A DNA stretch of 64,000 nt, taken from Kondoa subrosea (Eukaryota). Positions 1 to 15,091 of this stretch are shown here, one piece after another (the first letter of the stretch is position 1; each line of letters starts with the position of its first letter). The stretch is from contig BCIN01000007.1 of NCBI GenBank assembly GCA_039545335.1, positions 682,001 through 746,000 on the forward strand, written 5' to 3'. A program made the position numbers and the translations under genes. Below the pieces are notes generated by a model that searched no databases, was not told the DNA's origin, and saw only the letters and a list, made by a program, of their open reading frames with translations.

Positions 1-319
1 AAGATCAACATATGTTCGATCTTTGGATGAGCAGAGACAAACCTATCCGTCGAGTAAACTTCCCCCGATTCTGGTCTGATATTGGCGAATGCGTATAATA
101 TATGAGTGAGATCCGACGCAGGGATATCTTTTGGGAAATATTTCCTAGCATAAATGCTCCAATCTGACACAAATAGGTACGTGGTAAATGAAGGTCCAAA
201 CATAAAGAAGAAAGAACGAAACTGGTGAAATAGCCTACGTTCCGCTTCATAGTAGAATGTGATATAGATTGAGAGGTAGATGCCTCGGATGATGATTTGG
301 GTTTGCCAAAGAAATGCAT
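1..319 (-). CDS. GH18 chitinase, 5' part (continues off the window edge), no evident signal peptide
   Basis: Spliced translation MKRNVGYFT/NWSIYARKYFPKDIPASDLTHILYAFANIRPESGEVYSTD matches the N-terminal GH18 motif (GYF.NW.IY.R...THILYAFAN). Confidence 0.85.
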
Positions 320-669
320 GAAATCAAGGAAATTGAAATGGTATAAGATGAAGAGAAGTGCTAAGATAGGAACAATTCGCTGTCTACGTACTACTGCATG
401 AGAAACGAGCCGGCTGTGCGAAGGCTATGAAAGCACGCACTTCCAACTAAAGTGACGCGGTATCTGGTCTTGCAAGTCTTGCTCTGGCGGAAAGTCTTCG
501 TCTTGCAATGGCTCGTAAGAGGAGCTCATACAGTCGACATAGCGGCTTCAGAGTCGCTGTTATGGAAAGAAAGCATTCGACCCCTCCTTGACCGCGAACA
601 GTTAACTATTGCATATATCGTGGAAACGCTGGCACTGTGCAGCTTCTCAGTCCACTGGCAAGCGATCCA

Positions 670-1814
670 ATGGCGACATCTCGCAATTCTCCCTTTCTAT
701 CTTTGTCAAATGAAGTGATTGAGCACATTTTGCTGCTGAGTGATCGAGAAGACTGCTACAATGCATTGTTTGTATGCAAGAGAATCAGTGGGATAGCGGT
801 TGGGCGGCCTTTGTGGAGAGAAATAAAGATTGAAGAAGCCGCACAAGCTTATCAAATCCTGGATCTCATCAAAGGCAGCCCGCTGTATGGTCAGTATGTC
901 CGTGAAATCAACTGGGGCGATGGATATCTGCAATCTGAGGATGACATCGGAGAGTTCACTGCTCAAACAAGTATCGTGTCAACACTTTTGCTGGAAATGC
1001 TGTCTTTTACACCGCTGCTACGACACCTAACCCTCTGCGATTTACCTATCTTTACGCATGATCGCTGGGTCGTTGCCTTGAGGACATTATCAAAGTTGTC
1101 GGAATTGTTTCTCAATAGCTATAGTCAAAAGCCTCAATCTTTCGGGCAACTGAAATGGTCGCATATTATATCTTTACTTGCCAACAATCGCATTCAGGAA
1201 TTTTCGTACGACGGATGCAACGAGGCAGAACTCGATCTTCCTGTTATCCCGATTTCTTGTTCAACTGCTCTCTCTGGACTGAATCTGGTGTCGACAGAAG
1301 TGAATTCCACTCTCTTCACGTCACTCTTGCGATCACTACCAGCATACTTCTCTATACTAGCTTGCGAATACTTGTCTGGCATGACACCAGCCCAGCTTGT
1401 CGAACACATCAGTCGCCTGTGCCGTCAAGTCCAACAATTGTACCTCAAATCTGAAACTAACCATCCTTTGGATGCTCCGATATCCTGGCTGAACCGACTG
1501 CACAAACTTAAGACTTTGGTTATTGAAGGCCGAGATATTATACATCCCGCATCTCTGCACTACCTACCCAACCGCGTATGTCAGCTGGAATTGATGAACA
1601 GCAATATAGAAATAGGATATGTGGGCATGTTGATTTGGAAGCAAAGGAAGAAATTGCGGTTTCTAGACCTGGACGAGGAAATGTCTGGTTCGCAAATCGA
1701 AAAGGATGCAATGACGGTATGCTGGTACCTTTTGATTCGTTATAAGCTGTGATCTCATAATTCATGCTTTAGAGATTGGCGAAGGATTTTGCTGTCAATT
1801 TACAATGGAAATGA
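670..1814 (+). CDS. F-box / LRR (RNI-like) protein, copy 1
   Basis: N-terminal F-box-like SPFLSLSNEVIEHILL...ALFVCKR followed by LxxLxL repeats. One intron 1717-1772; last exon RLAKDFAVNLQWK*. Confidence 0.75.
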
Positions 1815-2207
1815 AAGGCGGCATTATATTCAGGGTTCTCGCTTACTTGAGGATCAGATGATGTGATATATCGAGTCAGTGGGGAGCTGCTTGCCAGAAA
1901 ACTGGCTGTCAGCTCGAAGGGAGGATGCAGGAGAAACATTATGCAAGTCAGCGGAAGGCAAACTTGCTAGCGATCTGTAGCCCACGCTCGCTTAGCCGAG
2001 TCGACAGCAATTGTATTGCCACCTTCCTAGCTGTGTGCCACTGCCGACATCTGAGCGCGTTGGATGCTTGCGCTATGATCTACGACTCATCTTTTGAACC
2101 TGCACCGCCAATCTTTCAGACACAAGACCATTTAGTTGACAGGCAGAAGCGACGCAGAGCCGACTGCTCGCAGCGTACACTGATCACCAGCCAAGGCTCA
2201 ACTTCAG

Positions 2208-3333
2208 AAAACCGATAGCTGTCCTTTCCTATCTCTTTCCAATGAACTCATTGAGCATGTTCTGCTCTCTTGCGAAAGAGCGGATCGATACAGATGTCTT
2301 TTCCTCTGCAAACGTATTACCTCTGTCGCAAAAACAAGGCCCTTGCATGAGGAATTGGGACTGGAAACTGCTGAGCAAGCGTATGGAGCTTTCGAAAGTT
2401 TGAAGGCGAATCCGAAGCTGTTTCGGCTGGTCCGGGCAATCGGTTGGACCAAGGGCTGCCCCAGTATCGAGAACAGCCTACATCAAAGTTCGCACATATC
2501 GACAATATCTGCTGTTCTGCTCGATATATTGGATTTCGCGCGCAATATACAAGAGGTCAGCCTGTGTACGTTGCCAATATTCGCACACGAAACTTGGGTC
2601 AAGGCATTGTTGAGCTGCAAGCATTTACAAACTTTCAAGTTTTACCACACCCAGGGCGACCTTTTTGGTTTCGCTATGCTTGATTGGTCCAATGTAGTGA
2701 GAATTTTGGAGGGCAGCACGATTCGCAATCTGGAATATTGGGGCTGCGATGAAGAGTCTGACGACCACTTCGATGCCGAATTGCAACACATGATCACGTT
2801 GGAAAGCCTGCGACTGGATTCTGTCAATATTAATGCGGCACAATTGAATCGATTCCTTGCAAAAGTCAAAGATCTCACCAGACTACATTGTAAATGGCTG
2901 GAATGCATCAGGCCAGGCCTCTTGGTCCAGAGTATCATTCAAAACTGCCCAAGACTACGAACACTCTTTCTCTGTTGCTGCGTACCGCAAGAAGACTTTC
3001 CATCTGAGTATCGCTTCTGGTTCAAGTCATTGCAAGATTTGCGCGTTTTGTGTGTCAACGGCAAAGCATTGCATCCGAGCTCTATTCATTACCTACCTGC
3101 AACACTCGAGCAATTGGAATTGCGAGGCACTGGTATCAGCTTGGGCTATGTTTTTTCGGCCGTCAAGGATTTGGATGAACTTCGATGGATGGATCTGGAC
3201 AAGAATATGGCAAACTCGCAAGAGGAAAGGGATGAAATGAATGTGAGATCTGCTGGACTCGTGCAGGCATGGCTCTAACGTGTTATTCCAGATTTTAGCA
3301 ACTAATCGCGACATTATCCTCGAATGGCTATAG
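2208..3333 (+). CDS. F-box / LRR protein, copy 2 (tandem paralog; start codon or first exon not located)
   Basis: Frame is open from about 2184 and reads CPFLSLSNELIEHVLL. Colinear with copy 1, with the same terminal intron (3243-3291) and a 13-aa last exon ILATNRDIILEWL*. Confidence 0.7.
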
Positions 3334-3991
3334 CTGAAGTCATGCCGAGGGGCGCTCCGCATTTACGTCCGCACTGTATTTATTGTGAGTGATGACTCTC
3401 AGCCTCTCGAAAATCTTGAGCTGATGGAACAAAGTATTCTCAGAACTCACCGTATGTGATCAAAATTGGTATTCGTCGACGAAAAGCAGGCATTCTTGGG
3501 CTATAGCATCAGACAGCAGTGTATCTAGCGCGTCCATGCTGGGCTCCATTCCGACGCTGACCGTCAATCCTTGGACAGGCTCATATAGTTGCATCACATG
3601 AAAGATCATCAAAACGATTGATACGTTAAGCTTTGGCAACACCAGCACAGTAGTCACGGAGATGATGCAATAATTTCTATTTCAATCTTACGCCCAACCG
3701 AGTTAATACAAAGGTAGAAGAGAAATAAAAGACTATGCCATTTTTTCGCAGACGAAGTATGATTCTCAACAGACTGCAAGTTTGTGTTGCCCTCCTTCAT
3801 TTTGACTCAATACTCGCCAACCTCTTCATAAGGTGAAAGTTGCATTGCGGTCGAAAGAAGGAATAGACAAGGAAAGGTTTTCAAGAGAGTTTGACAAGGT
3901 AGCCGGACCTTGCGAGATGAGGGGAGGATTTAGGTGCAGCTTGACATATACATGAGAGGGATGGAAGTTTGGCTATAGACTTCATTTCACT

Positions 3992-5437
<1,446 letters not shown>

Positions 5438-6163
5438 TGCGAAGAAGATGTAAGATCGTTAAGATGTAGCAAATGAGGTCTGAATGAGGAGCTGTATGAC
5501 AAAGCAAAATGTCAGCTTCCATTGTTTGTACTCATTTCCCGTAATCTTTTGCGGGCGGGACACATAGCATTCCGACTGCGAGCAGGACAACCCATGAACT
5601 ACAGCGTAGACCGTTGACACGCTGAACAGTTGACATAGTGAAAGCGCGAACGGGCGTCAAATTTGCGGAAGACGATGATCTGAAGCCCGCAGGAGCCTCT
5701 AACGAAGCAAATATCACTAACATAGGAGCTCTTGTATTGGCTAGGTCTGCAGTAGAAGTCTTGCAGGCGTATAGTCGGTGTAGATACGCAAATCTGTTCG
5801 AGCTCGAATTATTGGGCTGAACAGGCGAATTCTAGACCGAAGCCTGGCTTGGGAAGCGTGCAGATCGTTGAGAACAGGCTCTAGAGGGTCGTAAAGGTGC
5901 TGCAGCGTCAGACGGAGACGGTGACCGTCGTTTGATTCAAGATTGCTTCTTGTTTTGTGCCCAAAGATCCGAAAGCGAGTTTAAAGAGTTGACCTTGCTG
6001 AGGCTGCTCTAAATCTTCAGCACGAAGCGACGCTCCTACTCAAGGCGAAAGAAGATTTCTCGCTGCTTCCCTTGCTCTCTGGCGCGAACCTGCTCGGTTG
6101 AAGCGGATGTGTTACCGGGCAATGGTCAAGGTACTGAGGGATCTGCAGAGGACAAAGAGAGCT

Positions 6164-7792
6164 CTAGAAGTATTGATTGGCTAAAGCATAACTCCGATTC
6201 TGCTCAAGGGCAGGCTCTTCCCTTTCTTCATCACTTTCAGACTCTTCTTCTTCCTCCTTGGCGTTCAGAGACATGCTTCGTATTGAGCTTTCGAGTGCTG
6301 TACGATCAGCAGGAGCGAAAGCTGCTTCAGGTAGAGTGTAAGGCTTGACAGCAACAGCTGATCTTCCGCTTGGGATTTGACTCAACAGAGTAGCTGGAGG
6401 TGGGATAGGTTGAAATAAGACCTGCACCAACATATAAGCTGAGAAACCTCGCTAATAGAAACAGACGCTCACCTTATCGTTGACTTTTGAGTAAGCTTTC
6501 AAGAAACTCTCAACGCTCTCCAACTCGATCATAACCCTTCCTTTCCTCCTGACTTTATTTTTGCCCAATGTCAATCCAGTCTTTCCACCACCAGTCATTT
6601 CCAAACCCAAGCTCTTAGCCATGCTCAACCAAGCGATCGCTTCACCCATTTTCAAACCACTTTCACCACAATCTACACCTAACCATTTGTAAGCCAACAA
6701 TCTATACGTCTTCCTTCCTTCTTTCGCATAGTCTCTTAAAGAAGGGATTACTTCAGATGAAGATTGTTTGGAAAGAGAATCGAAATTGTTGCAGGCTTTC
6801 TCGTAGAGTGTATAAACGTTGATATGAAGTTTTGCAAGTAAAGAAGGGGAAGGGTGCGAAGTAGGTAATGGATGTCCAGGAGCAATATTCATATCTGATA
6901 CAGCTTTAGTCATCAGACGTCGGATTGATAAGCGACCAGCATCGGCGAGCGAGATACTGAAAAATTCATTATTAGCTGGAAGAAGCCTTTGTATAGGACC
7001 GATTTACTCTGCTAAAGCACTCGTCATCTCTTGCGATAGATCAATAGGTAGTACAGCTTTAGATGCGCCAAGAGTTCTTTCGCGATCAGGTAAAAGTTTC
7101 TGATTCAGATAGGTAAAAACGCCAGAAGCGCGACAAAGCATATCTGCCGCTGAGTTGATGAGTTCATCTAATCGTTTCCGTTCATTCTCTGATGTCTGGC
7201 GCAAACTTTCGTAGTTGCCCAAAGCAGAAACTTGCTGTCCTGCAAGATTGTACAGCACCAGACCGAGAGTAAGTAGACATGCTGCCATATCATCTTGTCT
7301 GACAAATATTCAGATAGTACAACCATACGTCAGGTAGGTCTGCTTACAAAGAGCGTAGATCAATTCGAGCTGAATCGCGTAGGTTGCGGGAAGACAGAAC
7401 AGGTCTCCAATCAAAGACTGCAAAGCATTAGCCGCAATGACTGTCGCATGTAGTAGTGACCTACCTGGATCGTTCTTGAGCAGAAGAGCATCCGATTCGA
7501 CGCAATTCGCTATAGCCAGGACATGAGGTAGATAGTCTTGAACTGCCTAGAATCCAAATCTTCAACTCCTAACCCATCTTTGGTAGTAGACTAGACACAC
7601 TGACAAGACAGCAGACCAATCTTTAGCCTGCTGATCTGCTTTCCGACATTCTTTGAGCGAAGTTCGAAGTCTGCTTCTTGCAGAGGTAGCTTGGCTGATG
7701 TGAGATGTATGAGCACCACCAGGAGTAGGGTCCGTCAGAAGCTGCGACAGGCTGCAGCTGCCGGTTGTAGGCAAGTCGAACACAAATGTCAT
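6164..7792 (-). CDS. palC: pH-response regulator PalC/Rim23 (BRO1-like domain)
   Basis: N-terminus MTFVFDLPTTG, internal LCRASGVF and LGVDCGE..GEAIAWL, C-terminal QPIP...IPSGR and terminal YF, all typical of PalC. Confidence 0.85.
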
Positions 7793-7939
7793 TGTAGCTT
7801 GTCAAGCGAACGCGATAGCATTGAGCTCGAAGAGAGTGCTCTATACCCAAGTATACCTGCTGGAACAGACCTGGGGATACCTTGAAGTGCTCTAGACTGG
7901 CTCGTGGACTGCTGAGTGCGAGAGAAAACGCAGCGCATC

Positions 7940-10900
7940 ATGCTTCGCGTTTGGATGCAGCTGCTTCTGGGCTATTGCCTTCTCTGGATACCTTCTACAC
8001 ATGCTACACCAGCTATTGTTCGTATCTCGGCCTTTCAAGTGTTAGTCTGGTCATGATATTCCTTGAACAGCGAGCCTCTGTTCGAGCATCATGGCAAGAA
8101 GCTCCTCTTCTTGTCCAGATTCTGTGCGCAACGGTCGCTATACTGTATGATGATTCTCTGAATGACTTCTTAGCGAATCCTTCCACCTAGAGGCTCCAAG
8201 TCGATTCTTTGATCTGCTTACCTACATCTCAGAACATGACTCTTCTGCTCTGTTCGATGCTCAATCGACGCAAAAGGATGTGTACACAAGTACTATCGAT
8301 CTCATCAAGGCATCTGGGTACTTGCAAGATGTAGGAGAGCTGGACTCTCTCGAATTGAGCTTGTCTATGAAAGAAGCAAGCGCCAAGATTGAAGCGTTCT
8401 ATCAGCACTATGTTTCTGTAGATCAAACGATATCATCATCGACAGAAGAAACATGCGATAGCTGGGTTCTTACACCTACGAACCAGAAGATATGCTCTCT
8501 AGCCGGATTAGAAAGTCTGGAAACAGTCTCTTCTGCGACGCCTACTGATCGGTTACCTTTCGATCATATCTACGAGCGAGACCAAGCAGATCTAAATACT
8601 TCAAAACCGGTATACGTCTTATACGCTAATCCGAGCTCGAAAGACTGTTTCGAAATGCATAAATATTTGGCTAGAGAAGCTGAACAAGATCATCTGATTT
8701 ATATCCTTCGCTGGAAACCTCCTTCGAGCGAGATAAAGCGCCAGAAGCTAGTATTGACCGGCTATGGAGTTGGACTGGATATCAAGAAAGCAGATTACCT
8801 AGCTATAGACGATCGCAGTGTCGATCAAAACCAAGTGAAGGTAGAGAACGATAATAAGCAAGATGATCTCATACCCTTAACAAGAACAGAATTAGCTAGT
8901 AAGTGAGTAATGGTTTGCAAACACATAGAAATTCAAGGTTGGTTGTCAGGCATTGGAACAAGAGCTGTCCAGCATATCATGTCAAGTAGCAGCTCACCCA
9001 TTGATTCTTTGATCTCTCTGGCCCAAAACTTCCCTATGCATGCTCACTCCTTGGTCTCGAAATGGCAGCCTGCGATCAATATGTCTGTACAAGAAGAACT
9101 AGAAACCAATAGACAAACCGTATTAGAGGGAGGACGTAGCGTTGTCTGGCTGAATGGCTTAATGCTGGCCGAAAAGGACTTAGAACCGCTTAGGTAAGCT
9201 TTTGTGCTGATGAAATATCTGTGATTTAAGTGAACTGCAGTCTACTCCGTATCATGCGTCAAGAAAGAACGTTCATCAAGTCGATCACAGACTTGGGTAT
9301 AAGAGCTCAGCAAGCAGTGTCGATCATCACCAATCCAGCTATTTGGCAAAAAGAGCCGCCAGCATCAAGAGGCGGATTAATATCCGTCGAGTCGCTGTAT
9401 CCGCTCTTTGATGCCAGTGATCGTTCAGAAAAGGGCGACGCTATATATTGGTGGAATGATCTAGAGAAGGATAAACGGTACAGATCTTGGTCGAGTGACT
9501 TACAGACAGTATGCTTTCTCTTGTTCTCCATCAAATTCCATTTCTCACGGTCTATACAGCTCATGCGACCTGCTTATCCTGGATCTATGGCTCTACTTCG
9601 TCGAAATCTGTGGAACTTTGTTTTCGTTCTTGATCTGTCCAAGACTTCTAGCCATATCTTCATCACCGAATATGTGATGGCATTCGTTCAGCGGTCTATG
9701 CCTATGCATATGGGCTTTGTTCCTGTGATGATTAAAGAAGAGAGTGCCAATGGTGCTTTCTCCTTCAGGCTATCATCACTACATAACTGACAAAAATAAC
9801 AGTCAACAATATGGCTCGACTTTTCATGTATCTCTTTGCCGAGTTTGGCAAATCAGACACCATGGCGTTCTGCCTGCATGTGGGTCTCGCTCTGTTGTCG
9901 TTTTCAACACTCCCTCTGACTTGATTCAACACAGCTTTCTGAGCTGCCCGTGGAGGCTGTTGAACTTTCAGCAGCAAAGGCAGCGTATGAAGCAATCACC
10001 GAAGATCGGGCAACAACAAGCGGTTCACCTAGTCTAGCATTCGAGGATGCTATTAGCTACCAGAACAATGCAAGGTCGACTGCCATTGTGCACTATCTGG
10101 AGAGACTTGATTTGGACGGATCAGAAGAAGCTGATAGCCAAGGCCACTGCTTTATAAACGGGAAATATTCGCCCATGGACAATGTAAGCGGTTCAGCTTG
10201 TCGTGTTTATAATTCGCTTATTGGTCATCATAGAGCTTCCGAAGGTTCATGCAGCAGACCTTACAACAGCATCAGCAGTATGTACAACAGCAGGTCAGTC
10301 CGGATTCCAGGTAGCTACACACAACCTGATTGCTACCTGTACAGATTTATTATGACAAGATAATCGACTCGCAAGATGTTTCTACTCTGTTCTACGACCT
10401 TCCGGCAGTATACGCTAGCCGCAATAGGCACATCTTCATTGACAGTACCAACACGTTACAAGTGGTTCCCGTGCGCGAGCTTGTTGAGTCTTGCCAATCG
10501 CTTTGGTCACAATCCAGTATGTATGTATCGATCTCCTGCTTCCCTGCTGATCAAATCTTCAGCTGTGGATCAAGCGGCGGATTTGAGTCTTTGGGTCATA
10601 ACCTCATCACCTCCAGCTACGGGGCAGATATTAGAAGACACGCTGAACGGACTTCCTGTGCGTATTAGGTTCCGTGTACCATTGTAGCTATGCTGATCCT
10701 TATACAGTCTACTGCTAAGAACGTTAGAGTTTGTCAGCTAGATTTATCGCAGGCGCCGTTCGCAATCGCTCAGCAATACATTAATCTCCGCGATGATCAG
10801 ATGTTGTTGGTAGTGAATGGACGAGTGAGTACACAAGCACGATCTGTTGGGTTTGCTGATCTCGATCAGGTTATCGGCCCATTGGCCAAAGATAGCTTTG

Positions 10901-13714
10901 CTCTTTCCGACTTTGAGCTGCTACTACAATATGAACTCAAAGAAAGAGTTGTACCTATCCTGGCGGCGATGCAAGAAGCATCAGTCGAGACCTCGTCGCT
11001 TTTTGCGTAAGTCTAGGGTCCCGCTTTGGTTACTTGTAGTCATCTCAAGTCATGCGAATGGAGCAGATCTGCTCGAAGTGACCTGATATCTACGCTGTCG
11101 GCCGTTATCAATGCCGCAACCGTGATCGATAAATCTGCTTCAATTTTTAGCAATCCAGTGGTCAGACGAAGTCAAGATTACAAGCGTATTGGTGGTCGCT
11201 ACTCGTTTGTACTCCGCCTTTGGGATGTGTCATAGCTCATCTAGATGTTCAGCTCGTTCCGCATGGGCGCTGAAACAAATTCGTGGGCAACTTTTGCGGT
11301 TGCGCTGGATCCTGTTAGTGAAACAGCGCAGAAGTGGGCTCCATTGCTGAAAGTAAGTTTGATGCGTGGTACTAGAGCACTTTGATACAATACGACAATA
11401 GGAGATCTTTTCGCAAGCCAATGTTTCCCTACTTATGTTCTTGAATCCGCCGCCTGAAACAAAAGAGCTGCCTCTTAAGCGCTTCTATCGTCATGCTTTT
11501 GAGGCGAAGATTAGCTTCGATGATATCGGGTATGTCAACGAGAACTAAATTGACCTCAATCTCATCAGAGCTCCAGCCAGGTCGAATCTCCTGCTGTGAC
11601 TTTCGAAGATATGCCTGGCAAAACGTTGATGACTCTTGGACTTGAAGCACATCAATCTTGGCTTGCATTTCCAGAGGAATCGATTCATGATCTTGACAAT
11701 ATCCGCTTAGTCGATGTCCCGAACAGCGCAGGAGATGTATCTGTCGTGTATGAGCTCGAAAACATCATCATTGAAGGTCACTGTCGCGATATGCCATCTG
11801 GCGCACCTCCGCGCGGTCTACAGTTGGAGCTTGCGAGCAGTAGCGGCACATTCAAGGTGGACAGTCTGTGAGTATATCGTTATTCTGCGTGTTTCAATTG
11901 AACCAGTATCTATACTAGTGTGATGGCAAATCTAGGCTATGTTCAGCTAAAGGCCAATCCTGGCTTATTCAATCTTGCAATACGAAGCGGGCGCAGTAGT
12001 GAAGTCTTCAATCTTGAAAGCGTCGGTAGCAATGGCCTTCGGAGCGACAACATTACCGTCACAGGCAATTCACTTGCAATGACAACACTCGAAGGCTTGA
12101 CTATCTACCCTCGTTTCGCTCGAAACCCGGGTATGGAAGAAGTACAGGATCTTCTCGAGGAAGTGTCTCCGCCAATCCCGACAGCAGAATCTGCTTCCTT
12201 CGTGAAGCAAATGGGATCAAGGTATGTCGCTCGAATTTGTCATCCTTTCTGCTTGACTCTGAATGTATGGAGTCAGACTAACATCCTTGTTTGGCAATAA
12301 TGATCAAACCAAGCGATCCAAGAAGGCTCTTGCGACTACGGTGACGAAAGGCGCAGAAATCAATGTGTTCACAGTAGCATCTGGGTTGCTCTACGAAGTC
12401 CGTCTCTCTTGCTTTTGCGCTAGATCAAGCTGACAAGGTCGGGAGCAGCGTATGGCTTTCATTATGATCGTATCCGTTCTTCGGCACACAGAAAGCAAGG
12501 TCAAGTTCTGGTTCATTGCCAACTTCTTGAGTCCATCATTTAAAGTATGCCGTTTCTTGCTTTGATGTTCTCTTGCTTATAATGTGCGGCAGAGCTTTAT
12601 ACCTCATATGGCGAACGAGTATAATTTTGACTACGAATTGGTCACTTACAAATGGCCACATTGGCTGCGATCGCAGTCAGAAAAGCAGCGCACAATTTGG
12701 GGGTAAGCTCCTTGACTTTAAGTTTGCATATACTGACCCTAGCGAATGTAGCTACAAGATCCTCTTCTTGGACGTCTTATTCCCTTTGGAGCTGTCTCGA
12801 GTGCTCTTTATCGATTCTGATCAAATTGTTCGAACGGATCTGAAGCAATTAGTGGACTTGGATCTGCAGGGTGCACCATATGGTTATGCACCAATGGGAG
12901 ATGATCGAGTTGAAATGGAGGGATTCAGATTCTGGAAAACAGGCTACTGTAAGTTCATTGCTGAACTTCTCTGACTTAATTCTCATGCGGTACTGCACAG
13001 GGAGGGAACATCTAGCTGGTCGACCATATCATATTTCAGCACTCTATATTATCGATCTTGATAGATTCAGACAGATAGCAGCGGGAGATAGATTGAGAGG
13101 TCAATATCAGAGTCTTTCAGCTGATCCAAACTCGCTCGCCAATTTAGATCAAGTAAGTCTTTTGCTTGACATTGAATCCTATGCTTATATCTCGGACAGG
13201 ATTTGCCAAATAACATGCAACAACAAATACCCATAGTGAGCTTCTCTTGAATATCTGAGGTCTCTTGCCTAAAAATGTGTAGTTCACGTTGGATCGCTCG
13301 TGGCTGTGGTGTGAAACGTGCGCAGCCACTTGTGAGAATGTAGCAACAACTGACCATATCAATACAGTTGGTGCTCGGACGAATCGCTAGCTCAAGCGAA
13401 AACTATCGATCTTGTAAGGCTCATCCAGCAAACATAGACGCGCACAAGATCACTCACCTGTTGACTTGCAGTGTAACAATCCTCAAACTCACGAACCTAA
13501 ACTTGCGCGAGCAAAACGACTGATACCGGAATGGACAGAGTATGATCAAGAAATAGCACAACTTGCCAAAAGAGTCGCGCAAGATCAGCAATCAGCTGTC
13601 TTTCAGCAAGATGCGGATGGATTGGGGCAGGCGAAACAACAAGAAGCGGAATTTATAGAAGAGGGAACAGGTTCGGAAGTCAAAGCAGATCAGAAAGTTA
13701 AGGATGAACTCTAG
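7940..13714 (+). CDS. KRE5: UDP-glucose:glycoprotein glucosyltransferase (GT24)
   Basis: Signal peptide, [53 protein letters not shown] and [11 protein letters not shown]-terminal KDEL; many introns. Confidence 0.95.
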
Positions 13715-13844
13715 AAATGGGTCGCATATATAGATTGCATTGCATATATCATCAACTCCCCTTTTCCTGGGTGAACCTGTAACAGTCATTCAATGAGCTT
13801 TGGGTTCTTCTGACCAAAATTTCCGATTTGTAAAGAATAGGTGA

Positions 13845-13947
13845 AATTCAGATACCGTTGTAGTTATTTGAAGCAAGTTCGACCTCATTTTCCAAGCATC
13901 TTTGTGCGAGGAATGCAGACAGTGTGAATAATGCTAGTCATCACGAA
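13845..13947 (-). ncRNA. Box C/D snoRNA, snR79-like (guide for 18S C1007-equivalent methylation)
   Basis: C box GTGATGA (13944-13938) and D box CTGA (13851-13848). The D box is preceded by ACTACAACGGTAT, complementary to the conserved 18S segment ATACCGTYGTAGT. Confidence 0.8.
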
Positions 13948-14304
13948 AAAAAAAAAAAGTGGATAGAGAAGAGAAACTTGGGCTGGATGTAACGCAAGCC
14001 TACCTTAATATATCATACTGTAGCGACTTGCATACAAGTGTCGCATTCTAGCTTCTTAGAGAAAACATCATCGTACAGGACAAGAACAGAATTCGAAAAT
14101 TCAAACAATTAATCATGTCCACAGAGGCAGCCACGCGTTCCTAGCCAAAGACACCTCAGGCCGGACAGTACTCTTGTTCTACAGCGCTCAGCGTGAGCCT
14201 ACTTTTCCGCCAGGTTTCACTTCCACGATATTTCGACTCCGAGTGTCATCATTATCGCTTGATCATTCTGTCTCTTGCTCTTATTCCGGCTGCGATCCCA
14301 AAGT

Positions 14305-15091
14305 ATGCTCGCAAAGATCTTGAAGCAATTTCGTATAGGCAAATACAAGTTCTTTCGGGGCTACGACAGTCAGTGCTTCCATGTGATCATCGAAGTTATT
14401 CAAACACTGAGAGACCTATCAGTCCAAGGGAACAGATATTTCGAACGACCGAATCCACAAAGCTTCGATCCTCTGAATCCTCGATTTACTAAACGAAGCA
14501 TTGAATACAAACAAGCGAAACCTCTTTATGCCTACACCGGAACCGATATAGCTCCACAATGGAGCTCTTGGTTACGACATTCACGCTTAGAGCCACCTAC
14601 ATTGGATGTGAGCTGACTATTTAACATTGCCTTTCTTCCGAGCTGATGTAATCATTGAGCAGGAATTATACGCGGAAGAAGCACGATATGCGAATCTACA
14701 ACAGAATGTAGCTACTCTCGATGCGGAACAAGCTGCAATAAGGCAACGGACAACAGAAGAGAATGCTCCTTTGACAGCTCCTCCTTCTGCACCACCTAGA
14801 GAACCAGAAGCTGTCACGAAAGATGTCGAGACTGAAGTGCCGGTTGCCAGAGAAATACATACTTTGCAGACTCAAACAGCGGACGGGAGAAAATTGAAGG
14901 AAGCAGAATTACAGAAGGAGTGGATAAGGAAACGTGCGGAAATGGCAAAGTCTCGTGAGTTTACATATCAAGACGTTATGACAACAACTGACCCAGCACG
15001 AAAAGCTCTCGCTGCTTTCAAACCGCCGAGTAATCCGGACGATAACTACCAGCCCAATTCGTGGACTGGCAAGGCGCCTATCAGAAGATGA
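14305..15091 (+). CDS. Complex I NDUFA12/NDUFAF2 (mimitin-like) family protein
   Basis: GYD..GNRYFE and PQWSSWLRHSR.EPPT motifs; C-terminal YQPNSW. Confidence 0.8.

Noticed and set aside
14188..14254. ATGATGA...CTGA box pair on the - strand
   Set aside because: No rRNA or snRNA complementarity recognised; it lies in the divergent promoter region.
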